64,000 bases of DNA. Origin: Squalus acanthias (lineage: Eukaryota). Both the position numbers and the translations under genes were made by a program. The notes below the pieces were generated by a model that saw nothing but the letters and a program-made list of their open reading frames with translations, had not been told where the DNA came from and did not search any database. Positions 34,801 through 47,940 of this stretch are shown piece after piece; within the stretch, counting starts at the first letter, position 1, and each line of letters starts with the position of its first letter. The DNA lies in assembly GCA_030390025.1 (NCBI GenBank), contig CM059432.1, positions 86,802,001-86,866,000 on the forward strand, in the 5' to 3' direction.

Positions 34801-37119
34801 ACTAACTCGGTATAGACTGGGGGTCAAACCAGGGACCTTCTGTATGGCTCAGCTACTCTCAGCATACACCAGCTAAGCTACTGCAGGAGCTAATCTGCAA
34901 TCTTTTTTTCTTTAAAAAGCTCCATTCTGCAAAGATAGAAAGATTTCGATCCATTAAATGCTCCTGTCTCAATTTTTAAATCAACGCAAAACTCCAAGTG
35001 GACTCCAAGAATTGTGGAGGTGGGTACAGAGACTTGAACCATGTTCTCAATTTCTAACTAATAAATCCACTTGATTCAAATTGTATTATAATTGGAGGAC
35101 TCAACAGATTTCAACTATCCAAGGCAATCCAGGATTCCAATTTCAGCTTCCAAATCTGACAGATTGCCTTTCAATCTGGCCTCACCTTTGAAGTTGAACC
35201 ACAATAATTCTCAACTTTACAAAGTAGTCAGGAGAAGAAAAAGTAAAGAGTATCGTTTTTTTTTAAATAAAGATTTATGTGATTATTCGAATTTATCACT
35301 GAGTGAAGAATTTAGGACTGATGTTACAAAGTTCTTCAAATAAAGAATGATCAAAATGTGGAATGGACCTTTGGGTTCAAAACCCCTTGAATCAAATTTA
35401 CTTTGTATATGTCCAATTTTGAGCTCTTCAATTAGTCTAATCCATTTTCTGTGCCCTTCACCTGCATCCTTTAAGGAACAATTAGATGCTGTAATATAGC
35501 AGGGGAAAGAGGGAAAAGCTGTAGCTTCTTCCTGGATGGACGAGTCAGGATAGATTGAATTGCCTTCCTCAATCAAATTTTATTTTCATTTTAGTAAAAG
35601 TTACCAATGAGATCATGAAAGTTTTATCAATATGGTAAACTAAACTCGGTGTTGCCCTTTTTGTTATTCCTGTGTATTAAACAATTTGGGGAGAATTTGA
35701 TGCCAGCTATGGATCTTCACTCACCCAATCGCTTTTCAGAACACATTATTTTAATCTAGTTTATGTCACCATTCGTAAAACAAAGAGCATTGTAAATCCA
35801 CAACTTTTAGAGGAACTAAACACAATGGACTACATGGCAAAACTGCTATTTTATTGAAAATAAAACACTAAACATTTAAAACTTCCTGCCAATATTTCCT
35901 GTCCAATGTTTAGGTAAGTTGCTTCGTACAATCACAATTTGATATTTAAAAAAAATTAGTTTTATATTGGAGTATTATAATACTTTGAATAAGCTATGGA
36001 CTTTACTCTCACAGAAATGCTACATGAGATTAACTCAACAGCAATCATATAAAAAAAAAGGTACTATTCACTAAATATTTCTGGTCCCCTGCTTGTAAAG
36101 GAGCTCAGTGGACATTAGAACAGAGACTATCTGCTGACAGCAAAGCATGGACTAAAGATTTCTTGGGTGCTAAAATAATGTTTGAAATTGTTTTGGCTAA
36201 GTTTAGCTCAGAGGTACAAAATAAACTGATATTTGTGGGCTACAATTAGTAAGTTATTGCTCCAAAAGTGACAGAATGGGAAATACTGCTTGAAGCCATT
36301 AAAACTGAGTCACTCCAGTAACTTTCAGAGTAAATGAATTACCACCATACTTCTCAAAAAGCAGTTAATATTGATTTTATTGTTCAACAAATAATGAAAA
36401 TGTTTGCCAAACTAAGGTAGGCAATGGAAGGATGAGACTAAGGATGGTTTGCCAATCCTAGTCTCAATTTGGCAAGATGTCTAATTAGAGCCTGTTAGTG
36501 CTATGTAACCACATCATTTTCACATTTTACAGTTATCACTTCCAAATACCACATTACTTATACTGCTCCCACTACTCGTAGCTGATCCCATTAAAACATT
36601 GATGCATTCCTAATCAACTTAATCTTTCAGCAAAGCAGCTTTTAGCATTCAAATGCAAACTGGCTAAGTAATCTGAGATCTTATACAACCATCAGGGAGA
36701 TCATATGACTTGTATGTTTGAAATATATGAATTTTTTAGTAAACTGTCAAACTATTTATTACATTCCTTGGCCATACCAATAAATAAAGTCAATTCCCAA
36801 GCCTTAATCTGTTACTCTGAATCAACCACTAGGAAGTGCACATAGTGTAGATCAACTCATTCTCCCTACCTCCCTCAAGTGAAGAATCTTTAAAAATATG
36901 CACTACTAGCCACGATAAGCAACTAACATGTGCAGCTAAGTGAGCAGTACATCTTCAAAATGCTTTTCTAGTGCATTTCATACATGCACTCCAACAGAAA
37001 TCTCTAACCATGGGGAATTTATCTTTCTTTCCCACTCCCATTTAAAAAAAAATCAGGCTAGTAAGGTGCAAAAGGAGTTTATTTGATCAATTGCAGCTTT
37101 GAATCTAATCATGGATTAC

Positions 37120-37275
37120 CTTTTCTTTGCAACTGGAAAGCATGCTGATGATGCTAAGACAGACTGATTGCACAGAGAGAGCTGGAGACCAGTCTTCTGT
37201 CAGAATGGATAGACAAATGTGTCCGTTGCTGTAAACGTGAGGATGAACTGGAATATTGTCACCAGTGAACATAAC
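37120..37275 (-). CDS. UBE2W: UBE2W internal coding exon (156 nt, phase 0/0) carrying the E2 active-site region
   Basis: Minus strand reads ttccttattttttag|GTTATG...GAAAAG|gtaatc and translates to [52 protein letters not shown]. This matches my recollection of vertebrate UBE2W, including the diagnostic HPH motif (instead of HPN) and the catalytic Cys in GHICL. Confidence 0.97.
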
Positions 37276-38561
37276 CTAAAAAATAAGGAACAAACAATTT
37301 CAGTACTACACAACATTAACATATTTCTATCCACAAGTTGTCTACAACTTTCAAGAAAGAAACTTTGGTCATCAGTTTACAAAGTTAGAATTAAGAGAAT
37401 GTGCAGCCCATCTCAGTTGTGGGAGCTCTTGAAAGATTGCCACAACACCACAAATTTTTGTTTTTTTCTTAGATAGCACAAAGGTGCAGCCAAGAGAAAA
37501 CTATAATGCACAGTGACTTTGGTTCATTCTTTGCTGCGTTATTTCACTTCACAGGTGAGGTGACTGGATTACGCGAAGGGGGATAATGATCCATCAGCTC
37601 ATCAAAAGTTATGCTGGCTTATCATAAATCAGTACTGTATTCAATACCACCTCTCCAACTGCTAAAATGGCAACAGTATCAACTATTTAAAAGTCTACGT
37701 GAGCAATCCAAGGTGAATCAATGCTAAAATGGTAATATTTAGATAATGACAATAGCTTAATAATTTAATTGCATTTCCTAGAGCATGGACTAAACAGGAC
37801 TTAAATAATATGACACCAGAACAACATTTCCCCATTCATTTAAATGGCAACTACGTTTCATTTACCGGTATTAAAAGGAATCAAACCTTCCCTGCAGGGT
37901 ATGTTCAACATTTAACCCCTATGCAGACAATTAGTTACAGTCCTAAGGTGTATCCAAATATCAAAATGCTGCTGCCTTTAATCTACGTCACTACTGAAAA
38001 CTGCTTGCTTCATCATTTGGCTACTGCTATATCTACGTTATATATTTTTCAGATACAGTATTTCACTGGATGATTCCTCAACATGTTTAGTTATTTCTTG
38101 CAGCCAAAGGATACGCATCAGACCAAAATCTACTGCATCACTAGTCATTGTTTAGAACCCTGAGCAGTTAAATTATCCTATCATGACATATGTAAAGGAA
38201 GATAGGAATGATCACATACACACACAATGATTTTTTTTTTCAGCAACTGGCCCAGAACCAAAGAAACTCTTCAAGCCAAAGCAATCATTTGTTTTTAACC
38301 CTATAACACCTAAAGACTGCTTTCTTGCAGGGTGTGTGTGGGTGTGTGTGTGTGGGGGGGATATTCACTTATTAAATGAAGTAGAAAAAACTGTAGTTAA
38401 AGAGAAGGAACTTTTTGTTCAAAATACTCCCCTTTTCTATTAAAGAAAATAATGATCTTACTAAATATTTCTTCAGCATTTTTCTAAAAATATTAATTTT
38501 ATGACAAATTACAATGCAAATTTTGCAGCCAATGACATGGTGAAGCAAATTGTTTTTTGAC

Positions 38562-39150
38562 TGAAATAAAAACAGAAAATGCTGGAAATACTCAGGTGGT
38601 CAGGCAGCATCTGTAGAGAGAGAAACAGTTAACGTTTCAGGTCAGAACTGGAAAAAGTTGGAGATGGAACAGGTTTTTAAGCAAGTGTAGGGGCAGGGAA
38701 AGGGGGGTGGGAGGAAAGAACAAATGGGAAGGTCTGTGATAGGATGGAAGGCAGGAGAGATTAAGAGACAAAAGGGATGATGGTGCAAGGGAAAAGGAGA
38801 TGGTAATGGGACAAGTTAAGAAACAAAAGATGACTCTAGATGAAGTGTAAACGGCAATGGCAGAATGATCGACAGCTGCCATGTGAGAGAGAAAAAAAAA
38901 ATGGAGAGAGAGAGAAGGGCAGAGGTTATGGTCTGAAATTGTTGAACTCGATGTTGAGTCCAGAAGGCTGTAAAGTGCCTAATCGAAAGATGAGGTGCTG
39001 TTCCTCGAGCTTACGTTGCGCTTCATTGGAACAGTGTAAGAGACAGAGGACGGAGAGGTCAGAGTGGGAGTGGAGCGGAGAATTAAAGTCACAGGCGACC
39101 GGAAGCACGGGGTCACCCTTACAGACTGAACAGAGGCGCTCCGCAAAGCT
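38562..39150 (-). mobile_element. Penelope-like element fragment (GIY-YIG endonuclease C-terminus + pseudo-LTR)
   Basis: ORF 38926-39108(-) LPVACDFNSPLHS..RKLEEQHLIFRLGTLQPSGLNIEF; pseudo-LTR with the hammerhead core deleted at about 38640. Confidence 0.85.
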
Positions 39151-40660
39151 GGGTTGCCTCAGCTGGATTTTTTAAACCTACAATATTTCTGTACTGCTAG
39201 GATCCGCTCAAAGGCATTAAGTCTATATAACCCCAGGGTTCTCCAGGGGGCTGGGGGGAGGGAAGATGAGGAAATATATAGCTGCCTCATTCCCAGACAT
39301 GTCGGCAAGGGTACTGCTTACTTGGCAAAGTAACCTTAGCTTTGTAACAATGGGAAAACCCCAGAAGGTCAGTTAGCTAAAATGTCACATCAACTGATGA
39401 GCAACTGAGGCCACTATCAACCCGGTTTTTAGTGCTGAATACCAGTGAGGGCAACAACAGCTCGGGGGAGTGCAGTCCAGAGCACAGCCATGGCATCGTG
39501 GGGCAAATGACTGCACAGTGGGGCACAGCAAAGTGTAAAAATGCAATAATCATAGGGGGATTTGATAGTCTGGGGTACAGACAGGTGTTTCTGCAACCGC
39601 CAACGAGTCTCACATGGTTTGTTGTCTCCCTGGTGCCAGGGTAAAGGATATCACTGAACGGGTGCAGAACATTTTGTGGGGGCTGGTGGGGGGAGGGGTG
39701 GGAACAGACAGAAGTCGTGGACCATGTTGGAACCAATGGCGAAGGTAGGAAAAGGGTAGAGGTCCTACAAACAGTGTTTCAGGAAAGAGCAGCAAATTTT
39801 CAGGCAAATTACAGAAAGATGCATAAACTTTGGAGCAGTAAAAATGGGAGACTTCAATTATCCTAAAACAAACTGGAAAAGTAGCAGTGTGAAGGGCAAA
39901 GAGGGGTTGCAATTCCTGAAATGTATACAAGAGAACTTTCTTACCCAGTATGTTTCCAGCCCAACGAGGAAGGAAGCAGTGCTGGATCTAGTTCTGTGGA
40001 ATGAAGTGGGGCAAGCAGCCCATGTTTCAGTGGGACAGCAGTTGGGAAACAGTGTTCACAATATCATTAGGTTTAGAGTAGTTATGGAAAAGGACAAGGA
40101 AAAGTCAAATGTGAAAATATTTAACTAGAGGAGGGCTAATTTCAGTGAGATGAAAAGGAATCTGGCCCAGATGGATGGGAATCAAAGATAGGCAGTAAAT
40201 GAGTGACGGGAGGGCTTCAAAGAGGAGGCAGTTCAGGTACAGACTAGACACATTCCCACGAGGGGGAAAGGAAGGACATCCAAAGCTAGGGCTCTCTGGA
40301 TGACTAAAGATATAGAGAATAAAATGAAACAGAAAAGGAGGCTTATGATAAATATCAGGTTCATAATTCATTAGAGAACCAAGCTGAATACAAAAAGTAC
40401 AGGGAGAACTGAAAAAGGAAATATGAGGGGCAAAGAAAGTGTATGAGAATAGATTAGCAGGTAACATAAAAGGGAGCCCAAAAGTATTTTATAAACCTAT
40501 AAATAGTAATAGAGTAGTCAAAGGAAGGGTGGGGACCAAAAAGGAGATCTTCTTGTGGAGGCAGAGGGCATGGCTGAGGGACTAAATGAGTACTTTGCAT
40601 CTGTGTTCACTAAAAAAAGAGGATGCTGCCAATGTCGCAATGTGGGGGTAGGGATGGGTA

Positions 40661-40722
40661 AGACAGACAGAGAGACACAGAGAGAGACAGAGAGACACAC
40701 ACACACAGAGATAGAGAGAGAG

Positions 40723-40772
<50 letters not shown>

Positions 40773-40812
40773 AGAGAGAGAGAGAGAGAGAGAGAGACAC
40801 AGAGAGAGAGAG

Positions 40813-40843
<31 letters not shown>

Positions 40844-40898
40844 CACACACACACAGAGAAAAAAAGAGACACAGAGAGAAAGAGCGCGAGCGCAAGAC

Positions 40899-40941
<43 letters not shown>

Positions 40942-40960
40942 GGACAGACAGGACAGACAG
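40661..40960. repeat. Compound (GA)n/(CA)n/(GACA)n microsatellite grown from the SINE tail
   Basis: Directly visible; abuts the 3' end of the minus-strand SINE. Confidence 0.95.
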
Positions 40961-41416
40961 GCATTTATATAGCACCTTTCACGACCACTGGACGTCTCAA
41001 AGCACTTTACAGCCAATTAAGTACTTTTGAAGTGGAGTCACTGTTGTAACGTGGGAAACGCGGCGGCCAATTTACACACAGCAAGGTCCCACAAACAGCA
41101 ATGTGATAATGACCAGATAATCTGTTTGCGTTATGTTGGTTGAGGGATAAATATTGGCCAGGACACCGGGGATAACTCCCCTGCTCTTCTTCAAAATAGT
41201 GCCATGGGATCTTTTACGTCCACCTGCGAGAGCAGACGGGGCCTCGGTTTAATGTCTCATCCGAAAGACGACACCTCCGACAGTGCAGCACTCCCTCAGC
41301 ACTGCACTGGAGTGTCAGCCTAGCTTTATGTGCTCAAGTCCCTGGAGTGGGACTATGAACCCACAACCTTCTGACTCAGAGGTGAGGGTGCTACCAACTG
41401 AGCCACAGCTGACACT
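40961..41416 (-). mobile_element. Full-length tRNA-derived Deu-domain SINE (SacSINE1-like)
   Basis: Minus strand: A box TGGCTCAGTTGG, B-box-like GGTTCATAGTCC, central block GCACTGTCGGAGGTGTCGTCTTTCGGATGAGACATTAAACCGAGGCCCCG that I recall as the Deu domain, and a LINE-type tail. Confidence 0.82.
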
Positions 41417-42349
41417 AATTTCAAAGTTTGCAGATGGCACGAAACTCGGAAATGTAGTAAACAGCGAGAAGGACAGTAACAGACTTCAGGAGGACACAGA
41501 CAGACTGGTGAAATGGACAGACACATGGCAAGTAAAATTTCGCACAGAGAAGTGTGAAGTGATTCATTTCGGTAGGAAGAATGAGGAGAGGCAATAAACT
41601 AAAGGGTACAATTTTAAAGTGGGTGCAGGAACATAGAGACGTGGTAGTATACATACACAAGTCTTTGAAGGTGACAGGACAATTTGAGAAGGCTGTTAAA
41701 AAGACATACGCGATCCTTGGCTTTATAAATAGAGGCACAGAGTACAAAAGCAAGGAAGTTATGCTGAACCTTTATAAAACACTGGTTAGGCCTCAGCTGG
41801 AGTATTGTGGACAATTCTGAGCACCACACTTTAGGAAGGGTGTCAAGGCCTTGGAGAGGGTGCAAAGGAGATTTACTAGAATGGTGCCAGGGATGAAAGA
41901 CTTCAGTTACGTGAAGAGACTAGAGAAACTGGGGCTGTTTTCCTTAGAGCAGAGAAGGTTAAAAAGAGATTTGATAGAGATGTTCAAAATCATGAATGGT
42001 TTTGATAGAGTAAATAAGGAAAAGCAGTTTCCAGTGGCCAAAGGTTCAGTAACCAGAGGACACAGATTTAAGGTAATAACCAGAGGCGACATGAGAGAAA
42101 ACAAATTATGCAATGAGTGGTTCTGATCTGGAATGCACTGCCTGAAAGGGTGGCGGAAGCAGATTCAGTAATAACTTTCAAAAGGGCATTGGATAAATAT
42201 TTGAAAAGGAAAAAAATTGCAGGACTATGGGGAAAGAGCAGGGGAGTGAGACTAATTGGATAGCTCTTTCAAAAAGACGGCACTGGCACGATGGGTCAAA
42301 TGGTCTCCTTCTGTACTGTATCTTTTTATGATTAATTCTCCTAAGTATT

Positions 42350-42760
42350 CACTGTATCCTTTCTGTAACTCTAACGGTCTTCCTATAAACGAGTGCCCAG
42401 AATTGCAGGCAATACGCCAACTGCGGCCTAGCTTAAATCTTACAGGAATTCATCACTTCCTTGCTTTTACATTCAATGTCCCTATGTAGAAGACCTTTTT
42501 AAAAGGCTTTCTACCTGTAACAAGACCTCTAAAGATCTATGTATCTGCATCCCTAGATCTTTAGGTTCTTCCACTCTTAATCTTACCATTTAGGGTATAC
42601 TTCCTTTTGATGTTCTTTTTCCCCAAAATGTACTAATTCACGCTTCTCTGCATTGAGCTGCATCTGCTAGCTATCTAACATTTCCACTAATCTGTCTATA
42701 TCCTCTTGGAGTCTCCTCTCAGTTTGCCGTGCTCTAATTTGGTGCCATATCATTCCTCTT
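42350..42760 (-). mobile_element. Old CR1 RT fragment, probably continuing at about 45500-45660
   Basis: Reverse complement of KC-ELVHFG-K and W-MQLN motifs. Confidence 0.55.
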
Positions 42761-42809
42761 GTATTTATGTCCGAATCAGTCATATAAATCCGAAAGAAAA
42801 GAGATCCCA

Positions 42810-45495
42810 GCACAGGTAGCATTGCTGGTTAAAAAGGAGATTAATGCAATAGCTAGGAAGGACATTAGCTTGGAGGATGTGGAATCAATATGGGTTGAGC
42901 TGCAGAACACCAAAGGGCAGAAAACGTTAGTGGGGGTTGTGTACAGACCTCCAAACAGTAGGAGTGAGGTGGGGGAGGGTATGAAACAGGAAATCAGAGG
43001 TGCATGCAAAAAAGGCGCAGCAGTTATCATGGGTGACTTTAATATGCATATAGATTGGGCTACTCAAACTGGAAGCAATACGGTGGAGGAGGATTTCCTG
43101 GAGTGTTTAAGGGATGGTTTCCTAAACCAATATGTTGAGGAACCAACTAGAGGGGAGGCCATCCTGGACTGGGTGTTGTGTAATGAGGAAGGACTAATCA
43201 GCAATCTTGTGGTGCGAGGCCCCTTGGGGAAGAGTGACCATAGTATGGTGGAGTTCTACATTAGGATGGAGAAGGAAACAGTTAATTCAGAGACCATGGT
43301 TCAGAACTTAAATAAGGGCAACTTTGAGGGTATGAGGCGTGAATTGGCGAGGTTAGATTGGCAAGCGATATTTAAGGGGTTATCAGTGGAAGGGCAATGG
43401 CAGACATTTAGAGATCGCATGGATGAACTACAGCAATTGTACATCCCTGTCTGGCGTAAAAATAAAAAAGGGAAGGTGGCTCAACCATGGCTAACAAGGG
43501 AAATCAGGGATAGTATTAAAAGCAAGAAAGTGGCATACAAATTGGCCAGAAGTAGCAGCAAACCCGGGGACTGGGAGAACTATAAAACTCAGCAGAGGAG
43601 GACGAAGGGGTTGATTAGGGCAGGGAAAATAAAATATGAAAGGAAGCTTGCGGAGAACATTAAAACAGACTGCAAAAGCTTCTATAAATATGTAAAAAGA
43701 AAGAGGTTAGTAAAAACAAACGTAGGTCCCCTGCAGTCAGAAACAGGGGAAGTCATAATGGGGAACAAAGAAATGGCAGATCAATTGAACAAGTACTTTG
43801 GTTCGGTGTTTACTGTGGAGGACAAACAACCTTCCGGAAATAAAGGAGATCAAAGGATCTGGTAAGAGGGAGGAGCTGAGGGAAATCCTTATCAGTCGGG
43901 AAAAGGTGTTGGGGAAATTGATGGGACTGAAGGCTGATAAATCCCCAGGGCCTGATGGTCTGCATCCCAGAGTACTTAAGGAGGTGGCCTTGGAAATAGT
44001 GGATGCATTGACGATCATTTTCCAACATTCCTTAGACTCTGGATCAGTTCCGAAGGAGTGGAGGGTGGCTAATGTAACCCCTCTTTTTAAAAAAGGAGGG
44101 AGGGAGAAAGCAGGGAATTATAGACCGGTCAGCCTGACATCGGTGGTGGGTAAAATGATGGAATCAATTATTAAAGATGTCATAACAGACCATTTGGAAA
44201 GTGGCGACATGATAGGTCCAAGTCAGCATGGATTTGTGAAAGGGAAATCATGCTTGACAAATCTTCTGGAATTTTTTGAGCATGTTTCCAATAGGGTGGA
44301 CGGGGGGGAACCAGTAGATGTGGTGTATTTGGACTTTCAGAAGGCCTTCGACAAGGTCCCACACAAGAGATTGGTGTGCAAAGTTAAAGCACATGGGATT
44401 GGGGGTAATGTGTTGACGTGGATTGAGAACTGGTTGGCACACAGGAAACAAAGAGTAGGAGTAAATGGGTACTTTTCAGAATGGCAGGCAGTGACCAGCG
44501 GGGTACCGCAGGGTTCGGTGCTGGGGCCCCAGCTGTTTACATTATATATTAATGATTTGGACGAAGGGATTAATTGTAATATCTCCAAATTTGCAGATGA
44601 CACTAAATTGGGAGGCAGTGTGAACAATGAGGAGGATGCTAGGAGGCTACAGAGTGACTTGGACAGGTTGGGTGAATGGGCAAATGTATGGCAGATGAAG
44701 TACAATGTGGATAAATGTGAGGTTATCCACTTTGGTGGTAAAAATAGGGAGGCAGACTATTACCTGAATGGTGGCAGATTAGGGAAAGGGGAGGTGCAAC
44801 GAGACCTGGGCGTCATGGTACATCAGTCACTGAAGGTGGGAAGGCAAGTGCAGCAGGCAGTCAAGAAAGCAAATGGCATGATGGCCTTCATAGCAAGGGG
44901 ATTTGAGTACAGGAGTAGGGAGGTGATGCTACAGTTGTACAGGGCCTTGGTGAGGCCACACCTGGAGTATTGTGTGCAGTTTTGGTCTCCTATTGAGGGA
45001 GTGCAACGAAGGTTCACTAGATTGATTCCTGGGATGGCCAGACTGACATATCAAGAAAGACTGGATCAACTGAACTTGTATCCTCTGGAGTTCAGAAGAA
45101 TGAGGGGGGATCTTAGAGACGTTTAAAATCCTGACTGGTTTAGACAAATTAGATGCGGGCAGAATGTTTCCAATGTTAGGGGAAACTAAAACCAGGGGTC
45201 ACAGTCTAAGGATAAAGGGGAAGCCATTTAAGACTGAGATGAGGAGGAACTTCTTCACCCAGAGAGTGGTGAATCTGTGGAATTCTCTACCACAGAAGGT
45301 TGTTGAGGCCAGTTCGCTAAATATATTCAAAAGGGAGTTAGATATAATACTCACAACTAGGGGGATCAAGGGGTATGGCGAGAAAGCAGGAATGGGGTAC
45401 TGAGGTAGCATGTTCAGCCATGAACGCATTAAATGGCAGTGCAGGCTCGAAGGACCGAATGGTCTACTCCTGCACCTATTTTCTATGTTTCTATC
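42810..45495 (+). mobile_element. Young, near-intact CR1 ORF2 (endonuclease + RT) with 3'UTR; 5'-truncated
   Basis: ORF 42759-43865 (VYRPPN, MGDFN, LGKSDH) and ORF 43798-45126 ([38 protein letters not shown]). Frameshift near 43825, about 33-bp deletion near 44992, tail tttctatgtttctat. Confidence 0.95.
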
Positions 45496-46641
45496 CCTGG
45501 GACACATTACCTACATTCCACCAATCCAAAAGACTTCCAATTTACCGTTAATCTTTCTGTCCCCTATCCACCTCTTTAACAATCTGGTTACATTCCCTTT
45601 AATAACACATGCATTCAATTTTATAACGGGTCTCTTGTGACATCTTATCAAACACCGTCTAAAAAAAAAAATCAATATTTATAACATTCACCACATATGT
45701 ACAAACTCTGGTTGCCTCAATGGCCTTGGATAATTCCTTTTTGAAAAAACTCCTAGTAGCAATCTTTATTTGCAGAAAAATGATAATGTACTGCAGCACC
45801 ATAATAAGAATAGCAATACACAGGAAGGGTGCAAATGTGCGGCACAGCTTTTCTGTTCCGGTGTGCAGTACACTGTCCTTTCACATCTGGAACTTAATTC
45901 AATTCAAATCCAACCAAACTGATGAGACAAAAGCCTTTTCCATGTGCTGCCTGAAGAAGGTGTGTGTGAAATGAGTAGAGAGAATCGAGTATAGGCAATC
46001 TCAACACTGTTCTGAGACTGCAAATCCACAGCACAAAACGGCTCTAAATTTAGAACTAAATTAGCAACCTCAACTCAGAGGCCACAGGATGCCTGGTATG
46101 GAAATACCATATTTATGCTGCTCTTCTAAGGCTGGAATTAAAGCATATCGCTGTGGCAGAGAAAGGGATACTTCACTATTGTGGTGCCTGAGGCTGACAC
46201 CAAGTGGCGAGGATAATATTAGGTGATGAACTCAGTGCAACACAACATTAAAACATAGTGCTTTTAAGTGTGATTGTTCCCATAGCGCATCAGTAAACGA
46301 AATAAGCCTACATTCTTCATCGGACGAGCATAAACATTTATCATTCTTTGTCTAACATGAGCTTGTATATCCTTGAGTATGTCTGCAAAATACAGTCCCC
46401 ACCACTTACACCATCCTCGCTCATCACAGACAGCAGTCTATATTGAGCAAATGGCACCAACCATTTGCCATCACCATAGGCATCAATTACAAAGGCATTG
46501 CTTAAAACTTATTAAACGCGACAGCTATTTCAGTACTTCTGACTTTTTAAAAACGCTGATTTTTTTTTTATGGCTGCAGCCAATCAACATCTCACTTTGC
46601 AACATAAACAGGCAGATGTTAGAATCAGAGAGACATAAATA

Positions 46642-46832
46642 GAACCAAGACATTGTAGCAGAGGTTGACCTAATCTCACATTAAATGCATCAGCTGATTG
46701 AAGATGCCTGAAGTCTCCACTTTCTGACTGGTCCTTCACCCAGTAGTTGGAAGTTAACACTTCGGTCAGCTTCAAATCAGCTGATGCGATCTTATGATAA
46801 ATGTATCAACTTCTGCTACAATGTTTTGGTTC
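46642..46832. repeat. Imperfect long inverted repeat (about 190-bp hairpin), probably an old palindromic MITE
   Basis: gaaccaagacattgtagcagaggttga pairs with tcaacttctgctacaatgttttggttc; gcatcagctgattgaagatgcctgaagt pairs with acttcggtcagcttcaaatcagctgatgc. Confidence 0.75.
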
Positions 46833-46939
46833 ATTCATATGGATTTACCACGTACAGTGGGCAAATCATGTTAGTATGAACGTGCCCGCTATATGCGGTG
46901 GGGACTGTACTATTCTGCATATAAAGTGAAAAAGGTACT

Positions 46940-47940
46940 TAAAAAAAAAAAAAATTGTTCTTGGGATGTGGGCGATACTGCCAAGGTAGCATTTATTGCA
47001 CATCCCTAGCTGTCCTGACGGTATTAAGACAGCCAAAAAAATACATTTGAAGAAAAAGACCATGTTTTGCAACTGAATATCTGTGTGCAAGGCCATTCAT
47101 TAGAATCTTTAATCAAACGGGCTGCTTTGTCCTGGATGGTGTCGAGCTGCTTGAGTGTTGTTGGAGCTGCACTCATCCAGGCAGTGGAGAGTATTCCATC
47201 ACACTCCTTGTGCCTTGTAGATGGTGGAAAGGCTTTGGGGAGTCAGGAGGTGAGACACTCGCCGCAGAATACCTAGCCTCTGACCTGCTCTTGTTGCCAC
47301 AGTATTTATGTGACTGGTCCAGTTAAGTTTCTGGTCAATGGCGACCCCCAGGATGTTGATGGTGGGGGAATTCGGCAATGGTAATGCAGTTGAATGTCAA
47401 GGGGAGGTGGCTAGACTCTCGCTTGTTGGAGATAGTCATTGCCTGGCACTTCTGTGGCACGAATGTTACCTGCCACTTATCAGCTCAAGCCTGAACGTCG
47501 TCCAGGTCTTGTTGCATGCAGGCATGGACTGCTTCATTATCTGAGGAGTTGTGAATGGCACTGTGCAGTCATCAGCGAACATTCCCATTTCTGACCTTAT
47601 GTTGGAGGGAAGGTCATTGATGAAGCAGCTGCAGATGGTTGTGCCTAGGACACTGCACTGAGGAACTCCTGCAGCGATGTCCTGGGGCTGTGATGATTGA
47701 CCACAACCATCTTCCTTTGTGCTAGGTATGACACCAGCTAGTAGAGCGTTTTCCCCGATTCCCATTGACATCAGTTTTACTAGGGCTCCTTGATGCCACA
47801 CTCGGTCAAATGCTGCCTTGATGTCAAGGGCAATCACTCTCACCTCACCTCTGGAATTCAGCTCCTTTGTCCATGTTTGGACCAAGGCTGTAATGAGGTC
47901 GGGAGCCGAGTGGTCTTGGCGGAACCCTAACTGGGCACCA
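46940..47940 (-). mobile_element. tRNA-headed LINE family, RT fragment (about 47112-47940) plus tail piece (about 46940-47015)
   Basis: ORF 47466-47972(-) QLGFRQDHSAPDL..ALDIKAAFDRVWH..GVPQCSVLG..MFADD. Confidence 0.88.

Larger units (their letters stand above)
39380..42330 (+). mobile_element. Degraded CR1 (ORF1 remnant, endonuclease, RT C-terminus, 3'UTR) interrupted by a SINE and microsatellite
   Basis: MGDFNYP..YVSSPTRKEAVLDLVL (39844); SKFADGTKLG; RPQLEYC; LEKLGLFSLEQRRL. Confidence 0.85.

Noticed and set aside
40518..41049. ORFs with SL/ER/TDRQ repeats
   Set aside because: Translations of the compound microsatellite.
45915..45945. CTGATGAG hammerhead-like box
   Set aside because: No stem II followed by GAAA.
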